Shown: positions 47,808 through 56,612, numbered from the stretch's first letter. The stretch is 64,000 nucleotides of DNA from a virus (IMGVR_UViG_2895427314_000002:1-64000); one strand, 5' to 3'. A program made the numbers and translations. Notes: generated by a model from the sequence alone, not told the origin.

Positions 47808-48056
47808 GTTCGCGAGCACGACCGGGGACCTCGTATACCGTGTCCGGCTCCATCTTCGGCGAGGGGTGCCATCCCTCAAAGGACCCATCTCGCCGGAGAT
47901 TGGCCACTTTGGATGGCAACGCATCGCCCGCCGACTGTGCCATCCAAAGTGGCCAGCGCGAGGTCACGCCATGCTCAAAGGCCAGATCAGATGTCACCTG
48001 ACAGGTGCGATCATGCGCTTCTCGCCGGACTGACCAGTCCTCGGGATGCAAATGGC

Positions 48057-48084
48057 GGAGCCCGCCGACAACACGGCGGGCTCC
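48057..48084. terminator. Hairpin between convergent genes
   Basis: GGAGCCCGCCG/CGGCGGGCTCC. Confidence 0.6.
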
Positions 48085-48094
48085 AGACCGTCAA

Positions 48095-48301
48095 TCAGAT
48101 CAGGCGCAGCGCGGCGGCTCGCTCCGCCCGGACCTGCCTCATCTGCTCGGCCTCTTCGGGCGTATACAGGTGGTCGTCCTCGCCATCGGGGTCGTCGTGG
48201 TAGACCTGCGACACCACCCACGCGCGAGCGGTGTCCTCGTCGGGGGCCCGAACGGACTGGTGGTCGCCGGTCTCGGGGATCTCGAACTCGAACAGAGGCA
48301 C
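48095..48301 (-). CDS. Hypothetical protein
   Basis: RBS AGGAGGAGG. Confidence 0.7.
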   Translation of the reverse strand: MPLFEFEIPETGDHQSVRAPDEDTARAWVVSQVYHDDPDGEDDHLYTPEEAEQMRQVRAERAAALRLI

Positions 48302-48312
48302 CAGACCTCCTC

Positions 48313-48624
48313 CTAATGAAGGTAGCTGCGCAGTCTGACAGCAGCCGCACGCGCGGCGCGGGCTCCCTCCTCCGCGTTGATCTCGTCAGCGGGCAGCGGG
48401 TCGCTCTCTCGGCCCAGGTACAGGTCAGCGTGATCGCACACCAGCGCCATGGTGACCTCGTCGTAGAAGCGGCTGACCTCCGAGTAGTCGTCGGGAATCT
48501 GGGCGTTCGGGTGCCCGGCCAGTGCGATTCGTACGGCGCCATCCGGACTCAGACCGGGCCCTCCGTCGAGGAGGTTGGCCACCGTGTCCAGCATGTCGGC
48601 CACGCGAGCCCAGTCGGTGCTCAT
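48313..48624 (-). CDS. Hypothetical protein
   Basis: ATGA coupling; similar to 48621 gene. Confidence 0.7.
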   Translation of the reverse strand: MSTDWARVADMLDTVANLLDGGPGLSPDGAVRIALAGHPNAQIPDDYSEVSRFYDEVTMALVCDHADLYLGRESDPLPADEINAEEGARAARAAAVRLRSYLH

Positions 48625-49022
48625 GAGCACCTCGCCAGTTCGACGGCGTGCGCCTGACCCCACATGGCCTGCGCCACCTCGTCCAGATCGCTGCCCTCGA
48701 CGTTCTGGTGTGACCAGTCCTCGACCTGCCGGAACAGGCGGGCCACCTCACGCGCCGTGCTACGGGCGCTACCTGTCGGGATGTGTGCCACGTCCACGCT
48801 CGTGAGGCCGTCGAAGGTGCTGAATGTGGCGCTGGCGTAGTGCAGCTCCAAGGCGCGGGCGGCGACCTGGTACCGCGCCTGCTGGCCACAGTCGTCGCAG
48901 TGCGCTGGCTGGTCACCCCAGATGGCGCGGGTGAGCGCCTGCTCAGGGTCGAGACCGTGGTCGCCGAGCATAATGTCGGCCGCCCGCTCCAGCACGTATG
49001 CGATGCACGCGAAGCTGACCAT
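48621..49022 (-). CDS. Hypothetical protein
   Basis: VLERAADIMLG..GLDP; coupled. Confidence 0.7.
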   Translation of the reverse strand: MVSFACIAYVLERAADIMLGDHGLDPEQALTRAIWGDQPAHCDDCGQQARYQVAARALELHYASATFSTFDGLTSVDVAHIPTGSARSTAREVARLFRQVEDWSHQNVEGSDLDEVAQAMWGQAHAVELARCS

Positions 49023-49381
49023 CAGCGCGCCCCCGTCCCCATGCGGTACATGCAGGCCACGACCACCGGTAAGTGGCCGAACGGGATCATGACCCGGTGG
49101 GTGGTCCGGCCGTCCAACGTCCGATGCACGTCGATGCCGCCCTCCTCCACGAAGAACGTGAGCAGCGGGCTGTCGTCCTCGTCGCCCAGCGCGATGACGA
49201 GCGAGGGGACGCCGGGCTTGGGCGTCGAGAGCAGGTCGATAACCCACAGGGCCGCCATCGGTGCAAGGGGGATGGGCTGGCCGGACACGTCTAGGACGAT
49301 CGACCCGTATCGAGCGTCGTCGGCCGCGGCCCGCACGTCCAGGAAGGTGCCGTCCGGGCCGGCGTAGATGGGCGTGTTCAT
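49022..49381 (-). CDS. Hypothetical protein, paralog of 50627
   Basis: IYAGPDGTFLDV...GSIVLDVSG. Confidence 0.7.
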   Translation of the reverse strand: MNTPIYAGPDGTFLDVRAAADDARYGSIVLDVSGQPIPLAPMAALWVIDLLSTPKPGVPSLVIALGDEDDSPLLTFFVEEGGIDVHRTLDGRTTHRVMIPFGHLPVVVACMYRMGTGAR

Positions 49382-49689
49382 CTCGACCACCACACCACGT
49401 CGAGGGCCAGCAGCAGCACCCATCCCAACCCGCCTACGGTGGCCGACCGGAGCAGAACCTCCCCGTACCGCCAGACGCCATAGGTGACGCGCAGGCAGAA
49501 GCCGGCGGTGATGAGCGTGGGCACCCAGGCCGCCCACCGCCAGTACGGGTAGACCAGCCCCAGCTCGTGCAGCAGCCACGCGAACGTACTCCATTTGCTG
49601 ATGGCCGCCAGGCCGAGCAGGAGGAACGCGAGGGATACTGCCATTTCCAGGCGAGCCAGGGTGATGAACATCGGTGCCCTCTTATTCAC
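49378..49689 (-). CDS. Membrane protein
   Basis: Three hydrophobic segments. Confidence 0.7.
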   Translation of the reverse strand: MNKRAPMFITLARLEMAVSLAFLLLGLAAISKWSTFAWLLHELGLVYPYWRWAAWVPTLITAGFCLRVTYGVWRYGEVLLRSATVGGLGWVLLLALDVVWWSR

Positions 49690-50182
49690 CGGCGTCTCCC
49701 TCGCTGACGGGAGGAAGCGGCTCGTCCCCTGGCGCCCGGTGGGGCTGAGGGAGGTCGCACTCCGTCCACTCCAGTGCAGTCGTGTGCTCCGCCAGCGGCC
49801 GACCGCAGGAAGGACAGCCTTCGCTGCGAGCCCGTTGGAGGCGGATCCGGTCCCGCTCCGCCTCCAGCAGTCCGTTCAGCGCGCCGTAGATTGCGGCCTC
49901 TCGCTCGGTGTAGAGCTGGACGCCCAGGTCGGCGGCGTACTGGAACGCGGGCCCCTTGTGCGGGGTGATGGTCATCAGACCGTCGTTGTCGGCGAGGTCG
50001 GCGACCACGATGACCGGCTCGTCGCCTTCTCCGAACATCGGGTGCAGGATGACGTCGCCGATCTCCAGCAGGTGCGCCGCCTTGATGCTGGGGTCGTTGT
50101 CGGCGCAGGCGAGCCGCTGTTCCCAGGTCGTGTGCTGGGCGTACAGCTCGCCGCAGTGGCAGAGGGCCAGGATGTCAGTCAC
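49682..50182 (-). CDS. Hypothetical Cys/His protein
   Basis: CHCG..YAQHT and CPSCGRPLAEHT repeats. Confidence 0.7.
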   Translation of the reverse strand: MTDILALCHCGELYAQHTTWEQRLACADNDPSIKAAHLLEIGDVILHPMFGEGDEPVIVVADLADNDGLMTITPHKGPAFQYAADLGVQLYTEREAAIYGALNGLLEAERDRIRLQRARSEGCPSCGRPLAEHTTALEWTECDLPQPHRAPGDEPLPPVSEGDAGE

Positions 50183-50504
50183 CCGTACTGCCCCCCTCCG
50201 CCTGCCAGACGGTGACCAGTGCTCTTGCCACCGCAGGCCAGTCAGCGCCCTCGATCTGCTCGTGGGTGAGGTCGGTGTGGAGGCGGGTGTCGTGGTCGTT
50301 GATTCCCGACCGGTCGGGGTTCCAGTGGTAGCTGACCAGGGTGTATAGCTCAGTGAGGTACTGCTGGCGGTCGCCGGGGTACTCGATCCCGGGGTCCGGG
50401 TGGCCGGTGGCGTGGCGTGCTCGGTAGATGGCGTCCTCCCGCACGTAGTCGGGCGCGTTGAGGAGCCACTGGGTGATGCACTCGGTGGGATTCAGCTCAC
50501 TCAT
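50175..50504 (-). CDS. Hypothetical protein
   Basis: Coupled ORF; ADWPAVARAL. Confidence 0.7.
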   Translation of the reverse strand: MSELNPTECITQWLLNAPDYVREDAIYRARHATGHPDPGIEYPGDRQQYLTELYTLVSYHWNPDRSGINDHDTRLHTDLTHEQIEGADWPAVARALVTVWQAEGGSTGD

Positions 50505-50634
50505 CGCTGGTGACCTCCTCGCCCTCGCTGGCGGGGACCTGGTCGGCCCAGGGCGTGCACCCGTCCGGGAAGCAGATCTCTTCCCAGCTCGGGTAGGTGA
50601 TCACGCGAGGGGTCTCCGGGTTCGTCTTACTCAC
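50497..50634 (-). CDS. 45-aa hypothetical protein (not in ORF track)
   Basis: RBS GAGGAGG, fills gap with overlaps at both ends. Confidence 0.5.
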   Translation of the reverse strand: MSKTNPETPRVITYPSWEEICFPDGCTPWADQVPASEGEEVTSDE

Positions 50635-51001
50635 CGCTCGTGACCTCCTCGACGGCGGCGCGCACGGCGTCGGCCTGGTCGTGGGGGAGCGTCACCTGGC
50701 CGTTGCTCCCGCAGGCCGGGAAGCTGACGTTCAGAATCAGGCCGTGCGGGTCGGAGGTGGCGGTCAGCCACAGCGTGCCGTCCGGGTCGGAGATCGGGAT
50801 CGTGATCTGGCCGTGCTGGGCGTTCGGGCCGAGCATGGCGAGTACCTGCGCGAGGTCGTCCGGCTCCAGCCCGAAGAGGATGCCGGAGACGTTGACGATG
50901 ACCGATCCGGCCGGGGCGTCGGGGAGCGCGTCGATGACGTCGAAGTACGTGCCGTCCGGCGCGGTGTAGAGCAGGGTCTTGGTGTCGAGGTAGTCGTTCA
51001 T
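50627..51001 (-). CDS. Hypothetical protein, paralog of 49022
   Basis: LYTAPDGTYFDV...GSVIVNVSG. Confidence 0.7.
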   Translation of the reverse strand: MNDYLDTKTLLYTAPDGTYFDVIDALPDAPAGSVIVNVSGILFGLEPDDLAQVLAMLGPNAQHGQITIPISDPDGTLWLTATSDPHGLILNVSFPACGSNGQVTLPHDQADAVRAAVEEVTSGE

Positions 51002-51096
51002 GGTGGCGTTTGTCCTTTCGCGAGGAATGGGGGCCACCGTACGGCCGGCGTGGTGATCGAGTCGCGAGCCTGCTGAAATCTGGCCGGAGACACGAA

Positions 51097-51123
51097 GAAG
51101 CCCGCCGACGCGCGGCGGGCTTC
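51097..51123. terminator. Intrinsic terminator (minus strand)
   Basis: GAAGCCCGCCG/CGGCGGGCTTC. Confidence 0.65.
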
Positions 51124-51139
51124 AGGTGTGCAGGGCCGG

Positions 51140-51328
51140 TCAGCCGGTGATCGCCTTCCGGGCCAGGTCCTTCACCTCCTGCTGCAACTCCGGCGAGTAC
51201 GGCAGGTGCTCGAACGTGGCGATCGGGATGTCCTCGTGGAGGATCGTGTAGCTGCTCGGGTCGTGCAAATTGTAGGTGACGGTGTACGAGTGGCCGGTCA
51301 CCTGGAACGAGCTGATGTCCTGAAGCAT
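51140..51328 (-). CDS. Hypothetical protein
   Basis: RBS AAAAGGA. Confidence 0.65.
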   Translation of the reverse strand: MLQDISSFQVTGHSYTVTYNLHDPSSYTILHEDIPIATFEHLPYSPELQQEVKDLARKAITG

Positions 51329-51410
51329 GGCGGGTGTCCTTTTCGCGAGGAAGCCGCCGCCACGGTACGACCAGAACCTAGATCATGTCGGGAGCCCGCT
51401 GAGATTCGCG

Positions 51411-51968
51411 TTACGGGACGAGGATGTTGATTAGAACGCCAATCGGGATCGAAACCGCCGCGCCCAGCGCAAAGAACATCCACTGAGTACGTCGCTCCGC
51501 GCGGATGGTGGCCTTCGTCTCACCGACGAGGATCTGGCGGATCCTTTCGGCCTGCTCCTTGTCAATTTCAAGCAGGCGTTCCTGCTCGGCAGCCTGAGAC
51601 AAGAGCGCATCACGAGCAGCCTGTTGCGCGCGTAGATCACGATCCAACTCGTCCATCAGGGTCGCCGCCTCGCCGAAGGCTTCGTTGACCCGCTTGATGC
51701 GGTGCCGAAGCCGATCGCCGGGGTCCTCGTCGGCAGAGTCCCAGTCACTGCCGAGAAAGCTGACAAAGACGTGGACGACCCCAAGCAGAAACACCAGGCC
51801 AGCAAACCCGAGAGGTATCTTGATCACCAGAGGCAAGCCCGCAGTCCAGCCACGAATGGTCTCCTCTAGACCGATCGCGTCGCCAGCATATGACATCCCG
51901 AAGATCGCGCCCACCAGGAGGGCGGCGAGACCGATGCGGGCCTTGTGATCTTTAAGCCATTGCATCAC
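51411..51968 (-). CDS. Membrane protein with coiled coil (lower-GC cargo)
   Basis: 2 N-terminal and 1 C-terminal TM segments. Confidence 0.75.
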   Translation of the reverse strand: MMQWLKDHKARIGLAALLVGAIFGMSYAGDAIGLEETIRGWTAGLPLVIKIPLGFAGLVFLLGVVHVFVSFLGSDWDSADEDPGDRLRHRIKRVNEAFGEAATLMDELDRDLRAQQAARDALLSQAAEQERLLEIDKEQAERIRQILVGETKATIRAERRTQWMFFALGAAVSIPIGVLINILVP

Positions 51969-52102
51969 TCCATTGCAGCGGCCGACCGTGACCTACGTTG
52001 CCTCCGTGATCATATTGCGATCTTGGAGCGGGCGCACATACCTACACGCGCACAGGTAACCGATGCGGACACGCTTGTGCGAGTTGTCGTTCATGGTGAT
52101 CC

Positions 52103-53086
52103 CTATTCGTCCACGGTCAGCTTGTCAATGGCGGCCTGGCGGTCGGCGTCGGTGGGCAGGGTGTAGCGGCGGGCAGTCTCGAGCGAGTGGCCCAGCAGCT
52201 CTGCGATAGTGACGACATCCTCACCTTCGCGAGCAAGCTTCGTGCCGAGGGTGTGCCGCAGGACGTGGCTGGTGAAGTCTTCGTCGCGGCCGACCTCGAT
52301 CCCGGCCCGGTCAGCGATGCCGTTCAGTACGTCGGTGGCGGAGCGGGCGGAGAGCCGTCCACCACGGGTGTTGAGAAACAGCGCCTTAGTCTTGTCGGCG
52401 CCGCGCAGGCTGGCTCGCTCGGTCAGGTACGTCTCCAACTCGGTACGGAGCTTGACGTGCATGTTGACCTCGCGGTACTTGCCGTTCTTGCCCATGCGAA
52501 TGATGAGCACGCCCTTACGGGCGCTGATGTGCAAGTCGTCGATGTCGAGCGCGACGAGCTCGTGAATGCGGGGGCCGGCGTAGAAGGCGGTGTAACCCAT
52601 GGCGCGGTCGCGGGGTGCGCACAGCGCCGTCTCGCGCAGGAATCGCAACTGGGCTCGCTGATCGAGCGAACGCGGAGCGAGGTTGGGAAGCGCGGTGCGT
52701 TTGGCGGCTGCGGGGCCGAGGCCGAGACGGCGGTTGAAGTCGTCTATGGCGGTCAGGTGCGCGTTGACGGTGGTGGGCTTGCGCTTGAGCACGGTCAGGA
52801 GATGGGCGCGGTAGTCCCGGGCGGCCCAGTCGCGGGTGGCGGGGTCGATGAGCGGGTCGCCGTCGAGGTCGGTCGCGTCGAGCCAGGCGAGGTACTGGCG
52901 GACGCGAGAAAGGTAGTTCCGGCGGGTGTCGTCGTCGAGCCGGAGAAGTGGGTCATTGACGGCGGTTTCATAGGCGGCGTAGACGTCGGTGTAGCGGTCG
53001 GGTACGGGTGTGGCGGTGGCTCCTGGACGTCGGCGGCTGGGGCGCTCATACGTTGTGGGATCTTGGTCTCTGATATCGGAAGTCAT
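52103..53086 (-). CDS. Tyrosine recombinase (Xer/TnpI-like with N-terminal SAM-like domain)
   Basis: AGPRIHEL (R), MGKNGK (K), HVLRHT (H-x-x-R), LGH, RRYT (Y). Confidence 0.93.
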   Translation of the reverse strand: MTSDIRDQDPTTYERPSRRRPGATATPVPDRYTDVYAAYETAVNDPLLRLDDDTRRNYLSRVRQYLAWLDATDLDGDPLIDPATRDWAARDYRAHLLTVLKRKPTTVNAHLTAIDDFNRRLGLGPAAAKRTALPNLAPRSLDQRAQLRFLRETALCAPRDRAMGYTAFYAGPRIHELVALDIDDLHISARKGVLIIRMGKNGKYREVNMHVKLRTELETYLTERASLRGADKTKALFLNTRGGRLSARSATDVLNGIADRAGIEVGRDEDFTSHVLRHTLGTKLAREGEDVVTIAELLGHSLETARRYTLPTDADRQAAIDKLTVDE

Positions 53087-53169
53087 ATTGGTGTCCTGTT
53101 GACCTCGGAGAATCGAAATATCGGAAGCCGTACCTGGAGCGCGCTTCTTATATTCACAAGTATCTGAAG
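53073..53169. repeat. Three spaced direct repeats ATATCGGAAG (putative recombinase site)
   Basis: 53073, 53118 and 53160 (GTATCTGAAG) in AT-rich DNA upstream of the recombinase. Confidence 0.55.
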
Positions 53170-53180
53170 TCTGGCATTTC

Positions 53181-53210
53181 GTTGGCGGTTCCGCCAACGA
53201 AAGCTACGAT
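53181..53210 (+). promoter_or_regulatory. Palindrome GTTGGCG-GTTC-CGCCAAC overlapping a sigma70-type promoter
   Basis: TTGGCG (53182) -17 bp- TACGAT (53205). Confidence 0.75.
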
Positions 53211-53247
53211 CGCGAGTGAAATCACTCTCCTCGCGAAAGAGATGATC

Positions 53248-53523
53248 ATGAGCGAAGCTCACACCGTCACGGAGCAACTGCTCGACGCGATGGCAGCCGC
53301 CCAGCGACGCCGGTTACTCGCTGACTCACTGCTCGACGGCTTCATCCTCAAGCGCGTCGATCTCGATGAAGCGAAAACCATCCTCCGGGGCATCTTCGGA
53401 TCCGACCCCACCACCCTCTCCCTCTCTGAGACAGACGAGGGTGTCGATGTCCGGCACGCCGACTCCGCGTTCATCGCGGAGCTTCGGGAGGAGCTGCGCG
53501 CTGAGGGGCGGGACGTCCGTTGA
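53248..53523 (+). CDS. Hypothetical protein
   Basis: First gene of operon; start 53242 or 53248. Confidence 0.65.
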   Translation: MSEAHTVTEQLLDAMAAAQRRRLLADSLLDGFILKRVDLDEAKTILRGIFGSDPTTLSLSETDEGVDVRHADSAFIAELREELRAEGRDVR

Positions 53524-53828
53524 CGACCTTCGTCATTCAGAAAGCAGAGGGCGCCGACCTCAAGCTGCCCTACCCGTACTTCGCCGACGAGTCCGGCATG
53601 ATCGGCCGCCAGGACAAGTGGAAGGGCAACCCGACCCAGGTCATCGGCTTCCACAGCGATCCGAACATCATGCAGATCGACCTGCTGTGGGAGGACGCGA
53701 TCCAGGACCCGGACCGGGCGTCGGGCATGTACCTCGTCACGGCCGACGCCGAGGGCAACTTCGGCACGCACCTGACCCTCGTGGAGTCAGTGACGGTCGT
53801 CGCTCTGGCGGGTGGTGAGGTCCAGTGA
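53520..53828 (+). CDS. Hypothetical protein
   Basis: TTGA coupling; KLPYPYF. Confidence 0.7.
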   Translation: MTTFVIQKAEGADLKLPYPYFADESGMIGRQDKWKGNPTQVIGFHSDPNIMQIDLLWEDAIQDPDRASGMYLVTADAEGNFGTHLTLVESVTVVALAGGEVQ

Positions 53829-54469
53829 GACTGCCCTACGAGTACGGAATGCGGTCCAACGACGCTGACGGCGATCCGGTCATCGTCATGAGCACCAACG
53901 AGGCGCACGATCGCGCCGCCGCCGACGCCTGGTGCCGCACTCGGCGGGCCTGGCAGGAGGAGCGGGAGATCACGCCGGACGTCACCCTCATGCGGCGCCT
54001 GCCGGACGGGGAGTGGGAGGAAGACCCCGGCTGGAAGTCCGAGATCACCACCTGGGAGGCCGGGTGCGCCCGCATCGAGGCCGCGCCCACCGATGAGGCG
54101 CGGCGCGATGCCCGCTCCGAGTTGGACGCATGGGTGGAGTTCAAAACGACAGCGCGCGAGACCGGCCAGATCAGGGTCAAGGTGCGGGACTACTCTGCCG
54201 AGGCCCCGTGGGGCGTCGGGCTCACCAACCCCGTGGTCCGCGCCATTGTCATCTCCGCGTACTGCGTGGTGTGCGGCTGCCCGCGTGGCATGCCCCGGCG
54301 GATCCACCAGTGCGATGATGGCGTGCACTACTGGCCGGACGTGTGGAACAACCCGTGCGGCCACACCGACATGTACGAGGCCGTGATCAAAGAGGCTGAG
54401 GAGTTCGCGCCGGCCGGTCGGATCACCCTGTTCGGCGAGTACGACGAGTCGAGCGGTGAGGCCGGATGA
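53825..54469 (+). CDS. Hypothetical Zn-ribbon protein
   Basis: CVVCGCPRG...WNNPCGHTDMY. Confidence 0.75.
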   Translation: MRLPYEYGMRSNDADGDPVIVMSTNEAHDRAAADAWCRTRRAWQEEREITPDVTLMRRLPDGEWEEDPGWKSEITTWEAGCARIEAAPTDEARRDARSELDAWVEFKTTARETGQIRVKVRDYSAEAPWGVGLTNPVVRAIVISAYCVVCGCPRGMPRRIHQCDDGVHYWPDVWNNPCGHTDMYEAVIKEAEEFAPAGRITLFGEYDESSGEAG

Positions 54470-54837
54470 GCCTCATCGTCTACAAGACCGCCCCCGGCCG
54501 CGACGCCTACGTGATCTTCCGGACGGAAGACGACGTGCCCCTGTGCATGGGCGACCGCGCCGAGATCAGTGACCGGCTCTGCATGGAGATCCCTCCGGCC
54601 ATCGTGGACGAGCTGATGGACCGGGCCGACCGGACCGGCACCACCTACAACGACGGCACCGGCGGCTGGGACGACACGGGGTTCATGGTCGGAGAGAACA
54701 TGTTCCCCACCGACGTCGGGTCCCGGTTCCTGCCGCGCGCCAACCTGGAGGAGTTCGTCCGGGCCGCCGCGACGCAAGACATGGAGCGCATGGTCGCGCT
54801 GACGACCGAGATGCTCGAATCGGGTGAGGCCCGATGA
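54466..54837 (+). CDS. Hypothetical protein
   Basis: Coupled; RADRTGT motif. Confidence 0.75.
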   Translation: MSLIVYKTAPGRDAYVIFRTEDDVPLCMGDRAEISDRLCMEIPPAIVDELMDRADRTGTTYNDGTGGWDDTGFMVGENMFPTDVGSRFLPRANLEEFVRAAATQDMERMVALTTEMLESGEAR

Positions 54838-55169
54838 GCAACACGGCCTACACCCCCGACGACGAGACACTCATCGCCTCCGAGCTGGACTCGGCCACCG
54901 CAGACGGGCGGCTAATCAGCGACGCAGGAGCCCGAGTCATTGCCGCCCAATTCGCCGTGGGTGGTGACGCGTTCGCCTGTCTGGCCAGCACCGGCACTAT
55001 CTTGCTGGAGGAGATCCGTTCCGAGATCCCCAGTCTTCTGGAGGGTTACGACTCCGACAGCCTGTTCATCAGGGCGTTGACCGCGCTGGACCACTACGTC
55101 AGCCATCATGGTGTGCGGGGTACGGTCCCGGGCTGGAGCGACCTGTGGCTGCGTGGTGATGCCCGATGA
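54834..55169 (+). CDS. Hypothetical protein
   Basis: ISDAGARVIA...RGTVPGWSDLW. Confidence 0.75.
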   Translation: MSNTAYTPDDETLIASELDSATADGRLISDAGARVIAAQFAVGGDAFACLASTGTILLEEIRSEIPSLLEGYDSDSLFIRALTALDHYVSHHGVRGTVPGWSDLWLRGDAR

Positions 55170-55384
55170 GCGACACCGTGAAGTTCCGTGTCTGGTCCGA
55201 GATCCGGGACATCAGGAACAGCTACGACGAAGAGATCACCGACTCGGAGATCTCGGTCGCGGACTGGGCCGCCATGACGCAGGCCGAGCGTGATGAGCTC
55301 GGCGAGCGGATCTATCAGGAGTACGTCGAGAACCGTGTCGGGGGCGCGGCCCAGCCGGTCGAGCCTACGGGCGGTGGTGCGTGA
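55166..55384 (+). CDS. Small acidic phage protein
   Basis: Coupled ORF. Confidence 0.7.
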   Translation: MSDTVKFRVWSEIRDIRNSYDEEITDSEISVADWAAMTQAERDELGERIYQEYVENRVGGAAQPVEPTGGGA

Positions 55385-55671
55385 TGGCGCTTACCGAGAC
55401 GGAGCGGCTGGAGCGGATCGCGCGGTTGGTCCCGCCGTGCCCTCCGCCGAACGTGCACGAGGGCTACGATCTCTGCCCGCTCCACGGTGTGCCGTGGCCA
55501 TGCCCCGATACGCAGGTGAACTGGCTCGCCCGTGGCCTTGACTTGGTCGAGGCCCAGCGGAAGCACATCGACGCCCTGCCGAAGTCTGCCGATCTCTTCC
55601 TCACCGCAGCGGACATGGAGTACGACCCCGCCGAGGATGACTCGGTAGGGTCGGTCGGGGGTGGCATGTGA
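55381..55671 (+). CDS. Hypothetical protein
   Basis: CPLHGVPWPCPDT. Confidence 0.7.
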   Translation: MMALTETERLERIARLVPPCPPPNVHEGYDLCPLHGVPWPCPDTQVNWLARGLDLVEAQRKHIDALPKSADLFLTAADMEYDPAEDDSVGSVGGGM

Positions 55672-55865
55672 CGGCACAGCGGGAAGCGGAGTGCTCGTGC
55701 GGGCGCACTGTGCGGGTGCATGTTCCTCGTCACGGCGACGGCAGCGAATTGCACACGTACTGGCACAAGGACGGTCGCGACCCCAGTCGATGGTGCCGTT
55801 CTTCTGTCGATGTGCTCGACACCCGTGTCGTTGCGGTGCTCACCGAAGCGCGAGGTGAAGCATGA
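55668..55865 (+). CDS. Small Cys/His protein
   Basis: CSCGR...WH...WC. Confidence 0.65.
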   Translation: MTAQREAECSCGRTVRVHVPRHGDGSELHTYWHKDGRDPSRWCRSSVDVLDTRVVAVLTEARGEA

Positions 55866-56113
55866 GCGAAGGCCGGATGCGGTGGGTGAGCGACGGCTGC
55901 GTGGTCGTCTCCGCCTACACGCTGGGGTGGCCTTGCGCGAGCGGCATCGTGGAGGACTACGGGCTCAACCCGGACGATTTCCCCGAGATGATGACGGACA
56001 TGGAGCAGAGCGTAGGCGAGGCCGTCATCGACACCATCCTCCAGGTCCTCGATGAGAACGCCGCTGACCCGAGGATCGCCGTGGTGCTCGCCCAAGCGCG
56101 GGGCCAGGCATGA
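55862..56113 (+). CDS. Hypothetical protein
   Basis: Coupled ORF. Confidence 0.65.
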   Translation: MSEGRMRWVSDGCVVVSAYTLGWPCASGIVEDYGLNPDDFPEMMTDMEQSVGEAVIDTILQVLDENAADPRIAVVLAQARGQA

Positions 56114-56358
56114 CCCCGCGTCTCACTCCGCGCCGGCTGGAGTTCCTGGGCCTCCTTGGCGAGCAGGGCAGTGTCGTGCTGTACGCTTCGTTCGAGGACA
56201 TCCCGGAGTACGGTCTTGCCCAGGCCGACGTGGATGCTCTGGTCACGCTGGGGTTGATCAGTGTGGGGGAGCCGAGCGGTCATCGCGGTACGGCTTGTAA
56301 GGCGGTGCTCACCGACGCGGGCCGGGCCGAGCTGGAACGGCGCGGGGCCGCGTCGTGA
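56110..56358 (+). CDS. Winged-helix-like protein
   Basis: LVTLGLI...LTDAGRAEL. Confidence 0.6.
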   Translation: MTPRLTPRRLEFLGLLGEQGSVVLYASFEDIPEYGLAQADVDALVTLGLISVGEPSGHRGTACKAVLTDAGRAELERRGAAS

Positions 56359-56612
56359 ACCGCCTTCGAGCCGAGGTGCGCGCGTTTGCCCAGGGCGTCG
56401 TGGAGCTGCTGCATACGTTCGATGTGGTCTCGGTCGCTGGGCCGCCGTGGCGGTGGCGCGTGATCGACACCGGATCAGCCAAGCGGATCGCTGCGGTTCA
56501 CGCGGGTCGGCGGAAGATAGGGCCCGAGGTGCCTACGCCCCGTACGGTCTTCGATGATCTGATCGAGGTTCTTAAAGATCGGCGGCGGGCTCGGATGCGG
56601 GGCCGCCGGTAA
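56355..56612 (+). CDS. Hypothetical basic protein
   Basis: Coupled ORF. Confidence 0.6.
   Translation: MNRLRAEVRAFAQGVVELLHTFDVVSVAGPPWRWRVIDTGSAKRIAAVHAGRRKIGPEVPTPRTVFDDLIEVLKDRRRARMRGRR

Larger units (their letters stand above)
46658..48003. mobile_element. Non-autonomous mini-transposon (TGT...ACA ends, 5-bp TSD GGTGC) with two cargo genes
   Basis: TIR TGTCAGGTGAC-N5-ATCTGGCC at both ends; GGTGC at 46653-57 and 48004-08; four TGCCATCCAAAGTGGCCA-like repeats. Confidence 0.88.
46512..48033 (+). pseudogene. Small phage gene split by the mini-transposon
   Basis: 46512-46657 joined to 48009-48033 restores ...LHLAITTGAIMRFSPD* (56 aa). Confidence 0.75.
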
